A stretch of DNA of 40,833 nucleotides from a virus (lineage: Duplodnaviria; Heunggongvirae; Uroviricota; Caudoviricetes), in the IMG/VR virus record IMGVR_UViG_2534682161_000025; one strand, given 5' to 3'. Of this stretch, positions 29,043 through 37,160 are shown in pieces; the stretch's first letter is position 1; every line of letters begins with the position of its first letter. Below the pieces are notes generated by a model. It was not told the DNA's origin and ran no database searches. It was given only the letters and a program-made list of their open reading frames with translations. Both the position numbers and the translations under genes were made by a program.

Positions 29043-29148
29043 TCCACGCCAGATTGATTAATGACTCCCAGGCAATATAAACCCGGATACCAGCAGCCAG
29101 GCCGAAACCAATCACCATGGCATAAAGCAGAGCGTTGCACTTGTTCAT
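29026..29148 (-). CDS. Possible 40-aa hydrophobic peptide
   Basis: ATG overlaps upstream stop as TAATG; single hydrophobic helix; overlaps the 5-prime end of the 115-aa ORF, so only one of the two starts may be real. Confidence 0.25.
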   Translation of the reverse strand: MNKCNALLYAMVIGFGLAAGIRVYIAWESLINLAWSAIRG

Positions 29149-29933
29149 TACTTCACCTCCTGCGGCGGTTCCGGTAGCGGCATCCAGTGAGTTGCCTGCT
29201 CAATACCATTACCCGGCTTAATCGTTGCTTCTCCTCGCCGGAATGTGCTTCCGGTATAGCGTGCGGAGCATATTAGCGGTTCAACCAGAGAGCTGTCGAA
29301 ATTCACCGAAATAAGCACGTTCTTGTTCTTTTCCGGCATTCGCTCACTACAGCTTATCCAACTATCCGGAGTTGCCGGATAGTTGCCAGATAGCTCGTTC
29401 AACTTGTAAGTTTGGCTTACGGGTTCGGCACCATGAAGCATGGCGTCGCTCCGCTCTATGCCATCCAGCGCGATTCGCAGTGCCTGAATTGTGGTAATGC
29501 TATCGTTTGGGGCTATTCCATATCGCTCGAATACAGCGATATGACCGCGCATAATCTCAGGCGTAAGCTCTTTGTAAGCATAAGCAAGCGACCCTGATGC
29601 ATCATCCGGCACAACCGACGCAGGCGCGGCAGCATAAACAGGAATAACGTCCGCTTGCTCTTTATTGCTTTCATCCGTTAAAGCCCAGAATAATTTCCCG
29701 GCCGGATGTTTGAAAATATAAGCAACTGGTTCTGCTTCCAGCGATGCCAGCACGATACGCGCCAGCTCACGCACAACTTCCGGCGGCGCGTAACGGTCAT
29801 TCAGGTCATCCCACAGGCGTAGCATGTTATCGCTACCAGGGTGAACATCCTCGTTAGTTCCGGCCAGCGCACTAATAACCTCATCGGCTGCTTCAATAAT
29901 TTTCTGTGCCTGTTCTCTGGTAATAGTGGTCAT
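29148..29933 (-). CDS. DUF551-like phage early protein
   Basis: 261 aa; C-terminal W/C-rich segment (WISCSERMPE...) resembling DUF551 proteins of lambdoid nin-like regions. Confidence 0.6.
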   Translation of the reverse strand: MTTITREQAQKIIEAADEVISALAGTNEDVHPGSDNMLRLWDDLNDRYAPPEVVRELARIVLASLEAEPVAYIFKHPAGKLFWALTDESNKEQADVIPVYAAAPASVVPDDASGSLAYAYKELTPEIMRGHIAVFERYGIAPNDSITTIQALRIALDGIERSDAMLHGAEPVSQTYKLNELSGNYPATPDSWISCSERMPEKNKNVLISVNFDSSLVEPLICSARYTGSTFRRGEATIKPGNGIEQATHWMPLPEPPQEVK

Positions 29934-29943
29934 TTGTTATGCC

Positions 29944-30141
29944 TCAATACACGAAATCTGTTTTAAATTCATGGTTACATTCTGGACAGCATGTTTCGTA
30001 ACCTTTTATTTCTTCACATGCCTGTTTAGCTCCAGAAAACTCCCAGAAATCAGCATCACAAAGCAGATCGAAATTGTGACCGCATTTTGGGCATTCGGTA
30101 TCAAGTGACAGATTCCAGTAAGCAGTGGTGTTTTTATCCAT
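29944..30141 (-). CDS. Small zinc-ribbon protein (65 aa)
   Basis: ATG with AAGGAG SD; CPKCGH...CCPEC pattern. Confidence 0.5.
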   Translation of the reverse strand: MDKNTTAYWNLSLDTECPKCGHNFDLLCDADFWEFSGAKQACEEIKGYETCCPECNHEFKTDFVY

Positions 30142-30142
30142 A

Positions 30143-30364
30143 TCAGTCTCCTTTACCCGCTGCTTTCTCCTGCTCTTTAGCAAGCCGCTCCGCTTCTCTG
30201 AAATCCCAGTCAACTCGACGTGCTATATCAATTGCAGAACGCACGGTACGTTCAATTAGCGTATCCAGATTATCGATTGTCATTGCCATATCTGGATTGC
30301 GAGATAAAATCTCCGCCCTCTGAATCTGCCAGTTGTTGCAGGTTTCAAGTAATGAGTTAGCCAT
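30143..30364 (-). CDS. Hypothetical small protein (73 aa)
   Basis: ATG with AGGAAAG SD; starts 1 nt after upstream stop. Confidence 0.5.
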   Translation of the reverse strand: MANSLLETCNNWQIQRAEILSRNPDMAMTIDNLDTLIERTVRSAIDIARRVDWDFREAERLAKEQEKAAGKGD

Positions 30365-30365
30365 A

Positions 30366-31205
30366 TCACTTTCCTTTGATGCGAATGCCAGCGGCGCGGG
30401 GCACATTAACTTCCACGATGCGCACAGTTGGTTTGTACATCTCAATCGCAGTCAGCCAGTCAGCGCCAGTCATGCGCTTTTCTGCATCGCCATTAGTCCA
30501 CTTAACCGGTACACCAATAGCCTTCATCGCGATTTCTATTTCCCCGGCAATGGCGCTTTTTCCGCAACCAGTAAAACCAGATACAACGACCAGAACTTCA
30601 CCTTTGGCTGGTTTTATTTCCCGCGCTTCCAGTTCTGCTATGCGCTTACTTCCATCCGAGATAACACCTTCGTAATACTCACGCTGCTCGTTGAGTTTTG
30701 ATTTTGCTTCCTCAAGCTCAACTCTCAGCTTCCCTACCGTTAGCGCAATATCCTCGTTCTCCTGGTCACGGCGTTTGATGTATTGCTGGTTTCTTTCCCG
30801 TTCATCCAGTAGTGCCAGCACGGTTTCTGGTCCGGCCAGAAATTTGAAGGCGTTGAGCGCATCAATATCCACACCGTAATCTTTAAGTTCCTGTTCACTT
30901 AACAAATCATCATCAGCTGGCAACATTAACAGGCGTTCCATTGCTGGAATTGCACGTTTCGCCGCCAGCGCCGAAAACTTCTCGTGTGCCAACTTAACAG
31001 CCGAATCAGCCTGTTTAATTGACTCAATGGCTCTCTGGTTGTCTTCGTCCTGCGCATTAGCACGCACCAGTTGCACTTCCAGTTGCGTTGCCAAATCGCT
31101 GATCAGCTTTGCCACACTGCGCATATCAACGGCACCACATTCTGCTTTCAGTTCCGAAGCCATCTCATGCCCGGCGGAAACTAACCCTTTGATATTACTT
31201 TCCAT
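30366..31205 (-). CDS. Ea22-like coiled-coil protein with C-terminal P-loop motif
   Basis: 279 aa; long heptad-like central region; Walker A-like GFTGCGKS near the C-terminus. Confidence 0.6.
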   Translation of the reverse strand: MESNIKGLVSAGHEMASELKAECGAVDMRSVAKLISDLATQLEVQLVRANAQDEDNQRAIESIKQADSAVKLAHEKFSALAAKRAIPAMERLLMLPADDDLLSEQELKDYGVDIDALNAFKFLAGPETVLALLDERERNQQYIKRRDQENEDIALTVGKLRVELEEAKSKLNEQREYYEGVISDGSKRIAELEAREIKPAKGEVLVVVSGFTGCGKSAIAGEIEIAMKAIGVPVKWTNGDAEKRMTGADWLTAIEMYKPTVRIVEVNVPRAAGIRIKGK

Positions 31206-31266
31206 CTTTACCCTCGCTTATCCACATAACTTATTGATTACATTGATAACTAAAAAGATCGTCGAT

Positions 31267-31614
31267 TCAGAACTCTTCGATGTTCCAGCCACCACCTGCT
31301 TTCTTTGGCTTAACCGTTACCCCGATGATTCGGAACGGATACTGATCTGCGGCGACTTTGGTTTTCACTCTGGCGTCATCGGTCCAGAATCCCCCTTTCA
31401 CTTCGTGCAGCTCCATCTCGCCGGTGGCGAGCATCACAGCGAAATCGGGCGTATAGAACGTGTTGTCAGCTAACCGCAGCTTGATACCCTCGAATCGATA
31501 CCAGGCGATTTCCCCTGCACGTTTACGCTGCTCAAGGTGCTGGCAATACGCAGATTCTGTTTTGTTCATCTGGCCTGTTTTGAGTCGACCAAGAGCCTGT
31601 ATCTGTTTTCTCAT
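31267..31614 (-). CDS. DUF1064-like phage protein
   Basis: 115 aa; sequence pattern recalled from phage DUF1064 proteins; unverified. Confidence 0.55.
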   Translation of the reverse strand: MRKQIQALGRLKTGQMNKTESAYCQHLEQRKRAGEIAWYRFEGIKLRLADNTFYTPDFAVMLATGEMELHEVKGGFWTDDARVKTKVAADQYPFRIIGVTVKPKKAGGGWNIEEF

Positions 31615-31617
31615 GAT

Positions 31618-31694
31618 TTACCTCTGAGGTAATTAAAAACCACATAAGACACTAAATCAATAGAGTTTAGAATATTTTGTTACCTTATAGGTAA
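31618..31694. promoter_or_regulatory. Two dyad sites (TTACC-tctga-GGTAA at 31618 and TTACC-ttata-GGTAA at 31680) between the P-like and DUF1064-like genes
   Basis: Same motif family; a weak hairpin with T7 run follows the P-like stop. Confidence 0.4.
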
Positions 31695-31731
31695 TTATTG
31701 AGACGTAAAAAAATGCGCTATCGCGCTGGTA

Positions 31732-32463
31732 TTACTTGATAAATCCTGCCGCCTTTCCCCGCCTGTATTCCTCCATTAGCCACTGCGCCGGTGTTATTCC
31801 CCCCAGGGTGGCGGCGTTAGGCATACACCCGAAACTTCGCCCTGGTGGATGGTAAACGTCTCTCCCTGTGTCCGGAGGCGTACTCATGGGCTCTGGCTTT
31901 GCCTGTATGCTGATCACCGGATCGGGTATCTGCTGTCCGGAAGCCACCTTTTTCGCCCAATCATCGAGCAGCCTGCGCGCGTGTTTCTCAACCTCAATCT
32001 CGCTAAGCTGGCGCTGATACATTGCACGGCGGGTATCACATACGACCCAGTACATAACCGGATGTCGCCACGGGAATCTTTCGGGACCACCAGGATATAA
32101 ACTTTTTTCCTTGCTGTACCGGTGAAACTCCGCCATCACATCGTCAATGGTGACGCCAAGAACCATCTTGCTGTCTTTACACCACTTGATGAATTGCCCT
32201 GGCGACGGCCAGAACGGAGACTCACTGGCGCGAGCGTGGCGCATACCAGCAGAAACCTGTTCACGGGTTCGGATCCCACCTTCGGCAAACGCAGCAATCC
32301 ACTGCTGTTTTGCAGCAACTTCCTGCTCTGGCGTCTTCAGGTTGGTTACTACTGCCGCCGGAAACAGTTGTTTCAGCTGTTTGAAAAGGGCATCAACAAG
32401 CCTCTCTGCTGACATGTTCACCACATTGTCATTGTTGACGTATTGATGCTCATAACCTGACAT
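31732..32463 (-). CDS. Replication protein P-like (helicase loader)
   Basis: C-terminal half aligns by eye with lambda P (SAGMRHARASESPFWPSPGQF...IPDPV versus lambda NAGMRVARRQNRPFLPSPGQF...IPEPV); start set to ATG at 32463 after the O-like stop. Confidence 0.75.
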   Translation of the reverse strand: MSGYEHQYVNNDNVVNMSAERLVDALFKQLKQLFPAAVVTNLKTPEQEVAAKQQWIAAFAEGGIRTREQVSAGMRHARASESPFWPSPGQFIKWCKDSKMVLGVTIDDVMAEFHRYSKEKSLYPGGPERFPWRHPVMYWVVCDTRRAMYQRQLSEIEVEKHARRLLDDWAKKVASGQQIPDPVISIQAKPEPMSTPPDTGRDVYHPPGRSFGCMPNAATLGGITPAQWLMEEYRRGKAAGFIK

Positions 32464-32513
32464 GCGAGAAAGGGCTTCTCCGTCACGGTTTTGTATCGCG
32501 GTAAAAACGTTGT

Positions 32514-33353
32514 TCACAAGAAATCCTCCCACGCTTCAGGGCTGTTCCAGTGCGGAACGTTGTTATCAGGTAATGTTGATTGCTTCTGTCTGCTAATCTG
32601 CAGCCGCCTTGCCAGCTTCTGCTCCCACTGTGCCTGATGGTATGCCTTACCCTCAGCCATCCAGTAAATTCTGAACTCTGCAAGTTCCTGTGCCGTTGGC
32701 AGACTGTCCAGGTAGATTCCCTGCAATGAGCTTTTCCGAAGAAAGTCATCTGATGGTTGCCATTGTTCATGCATGACAAATTTGCCTAATTGCCCTGGCC
32801 CACCAGGAGGAACAAAGTTATTCATCACGGCGTTGTTTGCGCCGGGGTCATGAGGCACAGAATCCCCGGTTTTTGTCCTGCTCCCCCTCTCTTGGTTAAA
32901 TGACTGGTTATATGACTGGTTCTGGATCCCGTTTTTGGGATCATTCAACATCCCGTTTTTGGGATCATTCAACATCCCGTTTTTTGGATCATTCAACATC
33001 CCGTTTTTGGGTATATTCCCGTTTTCGGTAACATTTCCGTTTTCGGGTTCATTACTCCCTTCCCGGTTGCCTTTAATGTTCCCGTTTTTGGTTATATTAA
33101 GAGAGAAAACCCGCACTCTTTTCGTCGCTCCCTTTCTCTCTCCGGTATCTGAAATAAGCCCCATTTTCATGAGCGATATAAGCCCGGCCTGCACGGTTTT
33201 TTTATTCAGGCAAGTGTCTTTAACGAGGCGTTCTATGCTGGGGTAGCAGAGGTTATATTCATCGGCTCTGTCAGCCATCGAGAGCAGTATGAGCTTTAAT
33301 GATGAGCTGCCTGGATCTGTCTCCCAGGCCCAATCTGTTGCATGTCTGCTCAT
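32514..33353 (-). CDS. Replication initiator, O-like, with N-terminal HTH and internal iteron-encoded peptide repeats
   Basis: HTH-like N-terminus; three tandem NGMLNDPK repeats encoded by DNA iterons; precedes the P-like gene. Confidence 0.7.
   Translation of the reverse strand: MSRHATDWAWETDPGSSSLKLILLSMADRADEYNLCYPSIERLVKDTCLNKKTVQAGLISLMKMGLISDTGERKGATKRVRVFSLNITKNGNIKGNREGSNEPENGNVTENGNIPKNGMLNDPKNGMLNDPKNGMLNDPKNGIQNQSYNQSFNQERGSRTKTGDSVPHDPGANNAVMNNFVPPGGPGQLGKFVMHEQWQPSDDFLRKSSLQGIYLDSLPTAQELAEFRIYWMAEGKAYHQAQWEQKLARRLQISRQKQSTLPDNNVPHWNSPEAWEDFL
32925..33095. repeat. Origin-like iteron array inside the O-like gene
   Basis: Seven copies of CCCGTTTT(T/C)GG; first four in a 24-bp unit GGGATCATTCAACATCCCGTTTTT with internal GGGAT/ATCCC dyad, then 18-bp spaced degenerate copies. 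Confidence 0.75.
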
Positions 33354-33368
33354 GATTAATCTCCGCTA

Positions 33369-33569
33369 TCAGCTTGAATGTTGTGGGGAGGAATTAATCA
33401 TGATCTGCTTAATCTCTGCCCTAATGCGACGGTTTGATTCCATGGTGCACTCAACACAGTGTCCGTTGTAAACCCAGCGTTCACTGTCATGTCCGTGCTT
33501 ACATGGTTTTCCGGTGTAGTAGCGTTTAAGTCCGCGCTTTGCGGCATCAATACGTGTAATGATTTCCAT
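33369..33569 (-). CDS. Small zinc-ribbon protein (66 aa)
   Basis: ATG at 33569; CKHGH...CVEC pattern; between cro-like and O-like genes. Confidence 0.45.
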   Translation of the reverse strand: MEIITRIDAAKRGLKRYYTGKPCKHGHDSERWVYNGHCVECTMESNRRIRAEIKQIMINSSPQHSS

Positions 33570-33649
33570 GGTAAGCCCTGTTATTAGTATTGGGATTACG
33601 GTTATTTTGTGCTGACACAAAAAAAAGATCAACCAGATTTGGTTTTTTA

Positions 33650-33664
33650 TTACCTTTAAGGTAC
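33650..33664. promoter_or_regulatory. Dyad site TTACC-tttaa-GGTAC (site F)
   Basis: Motif family member just downstream of the terminator that follows the cro-like gene. Confidence 0.35.
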
Positions 33665-33670
33665 GAATAG

Positions 33671-33697
33671 ATATGAAAAGACCGCCGGATGGCGGTC
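33671..33697 (-). terminator. Intrinsic terminator after the cro-like gene (tR1-like position)
   Basis: gaccgcc-ggat-ggcggtc hairpin followed on the minus strand by TTTTCAT. Confidence 0.5.
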
Positions 33698-33719
33698 TAC
33701 AGAGGGTTGTAGCTGGATA

Positions 33720-33950
33720 TCATGAGTAGAAGAAGTATGCCAGTTCTGCTTTTGAGCGCAGCCATTGTCTTGTTTTACAGGCTTTAAAAAGCCCATTCAT
33801 CAATACTTTACCTGGCATTTTTCGCTTACCTGTTAAGTGAGTCTGGATATAGTGACTCGTCGTTCCGGCTTCCTGTGCGAAGGCTTCACGCTCATCCGGA
33901 GTAAGTGCAAGCCAGTGCTTTTTGAAATCGAAATGTCCGTTATCGCTCAT
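33720..33950 (-). CDS. Cro-like small DNA-binding protein
   Basis: 76 aa; HTH-like segment; first gene of the minus-strand early-right operon, divergent from the repressor candidate. Confidence 0.55.
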   Translation of the reverse strand: MSDNGHFDFKKHWLALTPDEREAFAQEAGTTSHYIQTHLTGKRKMPGKVLMNGLFKACKTRQWLRSKAELAYFFYS

Positions 33951-33975
33951 AGCTATTGCCTGATATTTATTTCAG

Positions 33976-34049
33976 ATAATAAATATTCACCCATAAGGTA
34001 ACAAAAATCAAGGATAGTTACCTATGAGGTGCATTTACCTGTTGGGTAA
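33976..34049. promoter_or_regulatory. Immunity-region operator/promoter cluster: three dyad sites plus a PR-like promoter
   Basis: Sites TCACC-cataa-GGTAA (33987), TTACC-tatga-GGTGC (34018), TTACC-tgttg-GGTAA (34035); minus-strand TTGTTA (33999..34004), 17 bp, TATTAT (33976..33981) overlapping the first site. Confidence 0.5.
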
Positions 34050-34104
34050 TATTGCTTTAAATTGAATCATCTACTGATTCATATATGAGGCGATTTTCCA
34101 GAAA

Positions 34105-34689
34105 ATGAAAAGTATCCAGGACGTCCGCAGGCAAAATCTCAACGACTTGATCGACCGTGAATTCAATGGTGTTCAGACGCGGATGGCAGAAAAACTTGGA
34201 ACTCAGGCAAATCTGGTAAACCGCTGGGCTCTTGGCAAGAAGGTTATCGGCGACCAGGTTGCGCGAAAAATTGAAGCTGCCGCCAATAAACCCCGTAACT
34301 GGCTTGATATCGATCGCTCGCTTTCTCAGGAAGGTTTTCAGCCTGTCGGCCCAAGCGACATTGGTCAGCTGGCGGCTCACAACCTGGAACGCTGGATGAG
34401 CGAAAGCCGCGACCTTTCAACACAGGGAAAACTTCACCGCGCATCCGGCGTCGCCCAGGTGACAATCAGCCGCCTGTTAAACAATGAGGTCAGCGTTTCC
34501 ATTTCCACCCTGGAGAATGTTGCATCTGCATTCGGGCGTCACGGATATGAACTACTGATTCATCCGCATGACCCTGCAACTATCAACTATGACCGCTCGC
34601 GCTACGCATTGTTACCTGAAACAGAGAAGGCAAAGATCGAAAGTTACATTGAATTTGTCATCAACCAGAACGAAAAAAACAAACAATAA
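34105..34689 (+). CDS. Candidate prophage repressor: two-HTH DNA-binding protein, no recognisable LexA-like autocleavage domain
   Basis: 194 aa; HTH-like segments near residues 25-45 and 110-135 (SGVAQVTISRLLNNE); own terminator downstream. Confidence 0.5.
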   Translation: MKSIQDVRRQNLNDLIDREFNGVQTRMAEKLGTQANLVNRWALGKKVIGDQVARKIEAAANKPRNWLDIDRSLSQEGFQPVGPSDIGQLAAHNLERWMSESRDLSTQGKLHRASGVAQVTISRLLNNEVSVSISTLENVASAFGRHGYELLIHPHDPATINYDRSRYALLPETEKAKIESYIEFVINQNEKNKQ

Positions 34690-34709
34690 AATCATATTTT
34701 TCAGTAAGT

Positions 34710-34735
34710 AAGCCGCCTTATGGCGGCTTTTTTAT
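34710..34735 (+). terminator. Intrinsic terminator after the repressor candidate
   Basis: aagccgcc-ttat-ggcggctt followed by TTTTTT. Confidence 0.65.
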
Positions 34736-34746
34736 TGCCTATTCGA

Positions 34747-34823
34747 TTACCTAACGGGTAATTTTTTTAACTCATATCTATTGACATCAAACCAGATACG
34801 CATAATTATTACCTCAACGGTAA
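34747..34823. promoter_or_regulatory. PL-like promoter with two dyad sites
   Basis: TTACC-taacg-GGTAA (34747), TTGACA (34781..34786), then AATTATTACC-tcaac-GGTAA (34809) over the -10/+1 region. Confidence 0.5.
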
Positions 34824-34842
34824 CAGACCGAGGTAACAAGTT

Positions 34843-35004
34843 ATGCAGTGGAAAATCATCAACGGTTGGTACTGCGTTACTGCATGCGGATTCATGAGCT
34901 GGAAGTTCCGCACCTTACAGGAAGGCATTAAGTGGGCTTTCGTCAGCAAAGAAGCTCGCGATGTGGCCAACGATAACGAGATATGGGAGGAGGTTAGCAA
35001 ATGA
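34843..35004 (+). CDS. Small hypothetical protein (53 aa), not in the ORF track
   Basis: ATG with GAGGT SD 9 nt upstream; stop overlaps next gene start (ATGA). Confidence 0.4.
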   Translation: MQWKIINGWYCVTACGFMSWKFRTLQEGIKWAFVSKEARDVANDNEIWEEVSK

Positions 35005-36035
35005 GTGAATTATCAATCATCGAAATCACACCAGACATGGCACCAAGAATTTACGTTGAAAAAGGGCTGGAAAAGTTTCTCGAGCAGATCCGTGAAGGTG
35101 TTAATGAAGTGCCTGACATTAGCACAGACAAAGGCAGAAAGCGCATTGCATCTCTGGCTGCGAAGGTTTCAAGAAGTAAAACAGCGGTAGAAAAACCAGG
35201 ACGTGATTATCTGAAACGCCTGAAAGAACAGCCGAAAGTAGTTGAAGCAGAGTTACGACGCTTCGTAACCGAATGCGATCGGCTTCGTGATGAAGTACGC
35301 CGCCCACTCACCGAGTGGGAAAATGCGGAGAAATTACGCACTGAAGCACTGCAACAACGCCTGACAAATTTGCGAGCACTAGCTGACGTGATCGATCTCT
35401 CCGGAAACTACTTGCCATCATCTGATATTCAGGAACGAATTCAAGAGGCTAAATCAGTAGCACTTGATGAAAGTTGGCAGGAGTACGCAGCAGAAGCTGG
35501 AGTAGCCAAGGATTCAACCATCCAGAAACTGGAAGAATCACTCGCAGTAGCTCAAAAACGCGAGCATGAAGCCGCTGAGCTGGAGCGACTTCGCAAAGAA
35601 GCGGAGGAAAAAGCGCGCATTGAGCGAGAAGAGAATATCCGCCGGGAAGCTGCTGAACAGGCCAGGCTCGAAGCTGAACAAAAAGCGAAAGCTGAAATTG
35701 AGGCTGCGGAACGCCTGGCGGCGGAAGAAAAAGCACGTGCTGAAGTAGCAGAACGTCAGCGAATTGAAGCAGAGCAGCGTGCACGACGCGAAAAAGAAGA
35801 AGCCGTTGCCGAGGAACGCCGACGCCAAGAGGCGGCAGAAAAAGCCCGCCTTGACGAACAGAAGCGTATCGCCGACGAAGAATCGCGCCGAGCTGCAGAT
35901 AAAGAGCATCGCCGTACCGTTAACAGCAGAGTAATCGCAGATCTGATAGCCCAAGGCATTCCCGAAGAATTCGCGCAGAAAGCAATGTTGGCTATCGCTG
36001 GCGGCAAAGTGCAGGACGCGTATATCAAATATTGA
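35001..36035 (+). CDS. Hypothetical early protein with E/A/R/K-rich coiled-coil C-terminal half
   Basis: 344 aa; strong SD GGGAGGAGG; low-complexity charged repeat region 35560..35900. Confidence 0.6.
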   Translation: MSELSIIEITPDMAPRIYVEKGLEKFLEQIREGVNEVPDISTDKGRKRIASLAAKVSRSKTAVEKPGRDYLKRLKEQPKVVEAELRRFVTECDRLRDEVRRPLTEWENAEKLRTEALQQRLTNLRALADVIDLSGNYLPSSDIQERIQEAKSVALDESWQEYAAEAGVAKDSTIQKLEESLAVAQKREHEAAELERLRKEAEEKARIEREENIRREAAEQARLEAEQKAKAEIEAAERLAAEEKARAEVAERQRIEAEQRARREKEEAVAEERRRQEAAEKARLDEQKRIADEESRRAADKEHRRTVNSRVIADLIAQGIPEEFAQKAMLAIAGGKVQDAYIKY

Positions 36036-36042
36036 GGTGGGT

Positions 36043-36342
36043 ATGAACGTTAATCAGCAGAAAAATCTTCAAAAAATCATGCTGGCATTCGACAAGGACT
36101 ACCGCCTGTCAGAACAGCTATATGACCGACAAGTTGAACTGATTGATAGCATCCGGCTTCATCAACTGGCCTCAACTTTTGACGGTGTAACAGGCAAAGG
36201 CGTTCGCCAGGAAGTGCTGGAGGCAGCTAAAGACAGCCCTGAGTTCGAAGAACTTATGGATGCCTACCGTCGCGAGGCAATGGCAATTATCGCCCGCTGG
36301 GATCTGGCGGATCGGATTGATGGGCAGAGGGAAGCGGCATGA
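36043..36342 (+). CDS. Hypothetical small protein (99 aa)
   Basis: ATG with GAGGTGGG SD; stop overlaps exonuclease start (ATGA). Confidence 0.5.
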   Translation: MNVNQQKNLQKIMLAFDKDYRLSEQLYDRQVELIDSIRLHQLASTFDGVTGKGVRQEVLEAAKDSPEFEELMDAYRREAMAIIARWDLADRIDGQREAA

Positions 36343-37160
36343 AACCGGGAATTTATTTCGACATCAGCAACGAAGACTACCACGCCGGTGACGGCGTGAG
36401 TAAGTCGCAACTGGACATGGTTGCCAAGAATCCGGCGCTTCTTAAATGGGTTCAGGCAGCACCAGAAGACGAAGAGAAAAAGTCTGCACTGGATATGGGA
36501 ACCGCATTGCACTCTCTGCTTCTGGAGCCTGGAGAATTCGACAAACGCTTCATTGTTTCACCGAAGTTCGATCGTCGGACGAAACAAGGTAAAGCTGACG
36601 AAGAAGCATTTCTTCGTGATGTAGCGGATATGGGGATTACGGTACTTGATGCCGAGCAGTGGCGGAAACTGGAGCTGATGCGTGATAGCGCAATGGCTCA
36701 CCCGGCGGCACGCTGGATGCTGGAAGCACCTGGTTACTGCGAAGCATCAATGTACTGGAATGATGAAGAGACTGGTGAGTTGTGCCGCATTCGTCCAGAC
36801 AAATGGCTGAACGAGCACAACGTGATCGTCGACGTGAAAAAGGTTGCAGATATGGATCGTTTTGCACGCCACATCGAGGAATTCCGCTACCACGTGCAGG
36901 ACGCAATGTACCGCGAAGGCGCAATGAGGGTTACTGGTCAGTCGCATGGTTTTTTCTTTCTTGCCGTGAGCGAAAGCATTGATTGTGGTCGGTATCCGGT
37001 ACGCGTGTTCGAGCTGGATGCGCCGGATGTCGATGCCGGGCACGCTCTGTTCCGCCGGGATCTGAATACCTATCACGAATGCCGCATCAATGATGAATGG
37101 GGCGGCGTGGAAATTATTAAACGCCCTGACTGGGCACGTAAACAGGATATGTACGTATGA
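36339..37160 (+). CDS. RecE/exonuclease VIII-like PD-(D/E)XK recombination exonuclease
   Basis: 273 aa; paired with and translationally coupled to the annealase gene; family from remembered similarity, unverified. Confidence 0.6.
   Translation: MKPGIYFDISNEDYHAGDGVSKSQLDMVAKNPALLKWVQAAPEDEEKKSALDMGTALHSLLLEPGEFDKRFIVSPKFDRRTKQGKADEEAFLRDVADMGITVLDAEQWRKLELMRDSAMAHPAARWMLEAPGYCEASMYWNDEETGELCRIRPDKWLNEHNVIVDVKKVADMDRFARHIEEFRYHVQDAMYREGAMRVTGQSHGFFFLAVSESIDCGRYPVRVFELDAPDVDAGHALFRRDLNTYHECRINDEWGGVEIIKRPDWARKQDMYV

Noticed and set aside
28695-31614. A lambda Q or N antiterminator homologue among the small early genes
   Set aside because: None of the small proteins shows the Q zinc-finger pattern or an Arg-rich N-type motif that I can recognise; left as an open question.
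34057-34380. 107-aa minus-strand ORF
   Set aside because: Antisense to the repressor candidate with no initiation signals.
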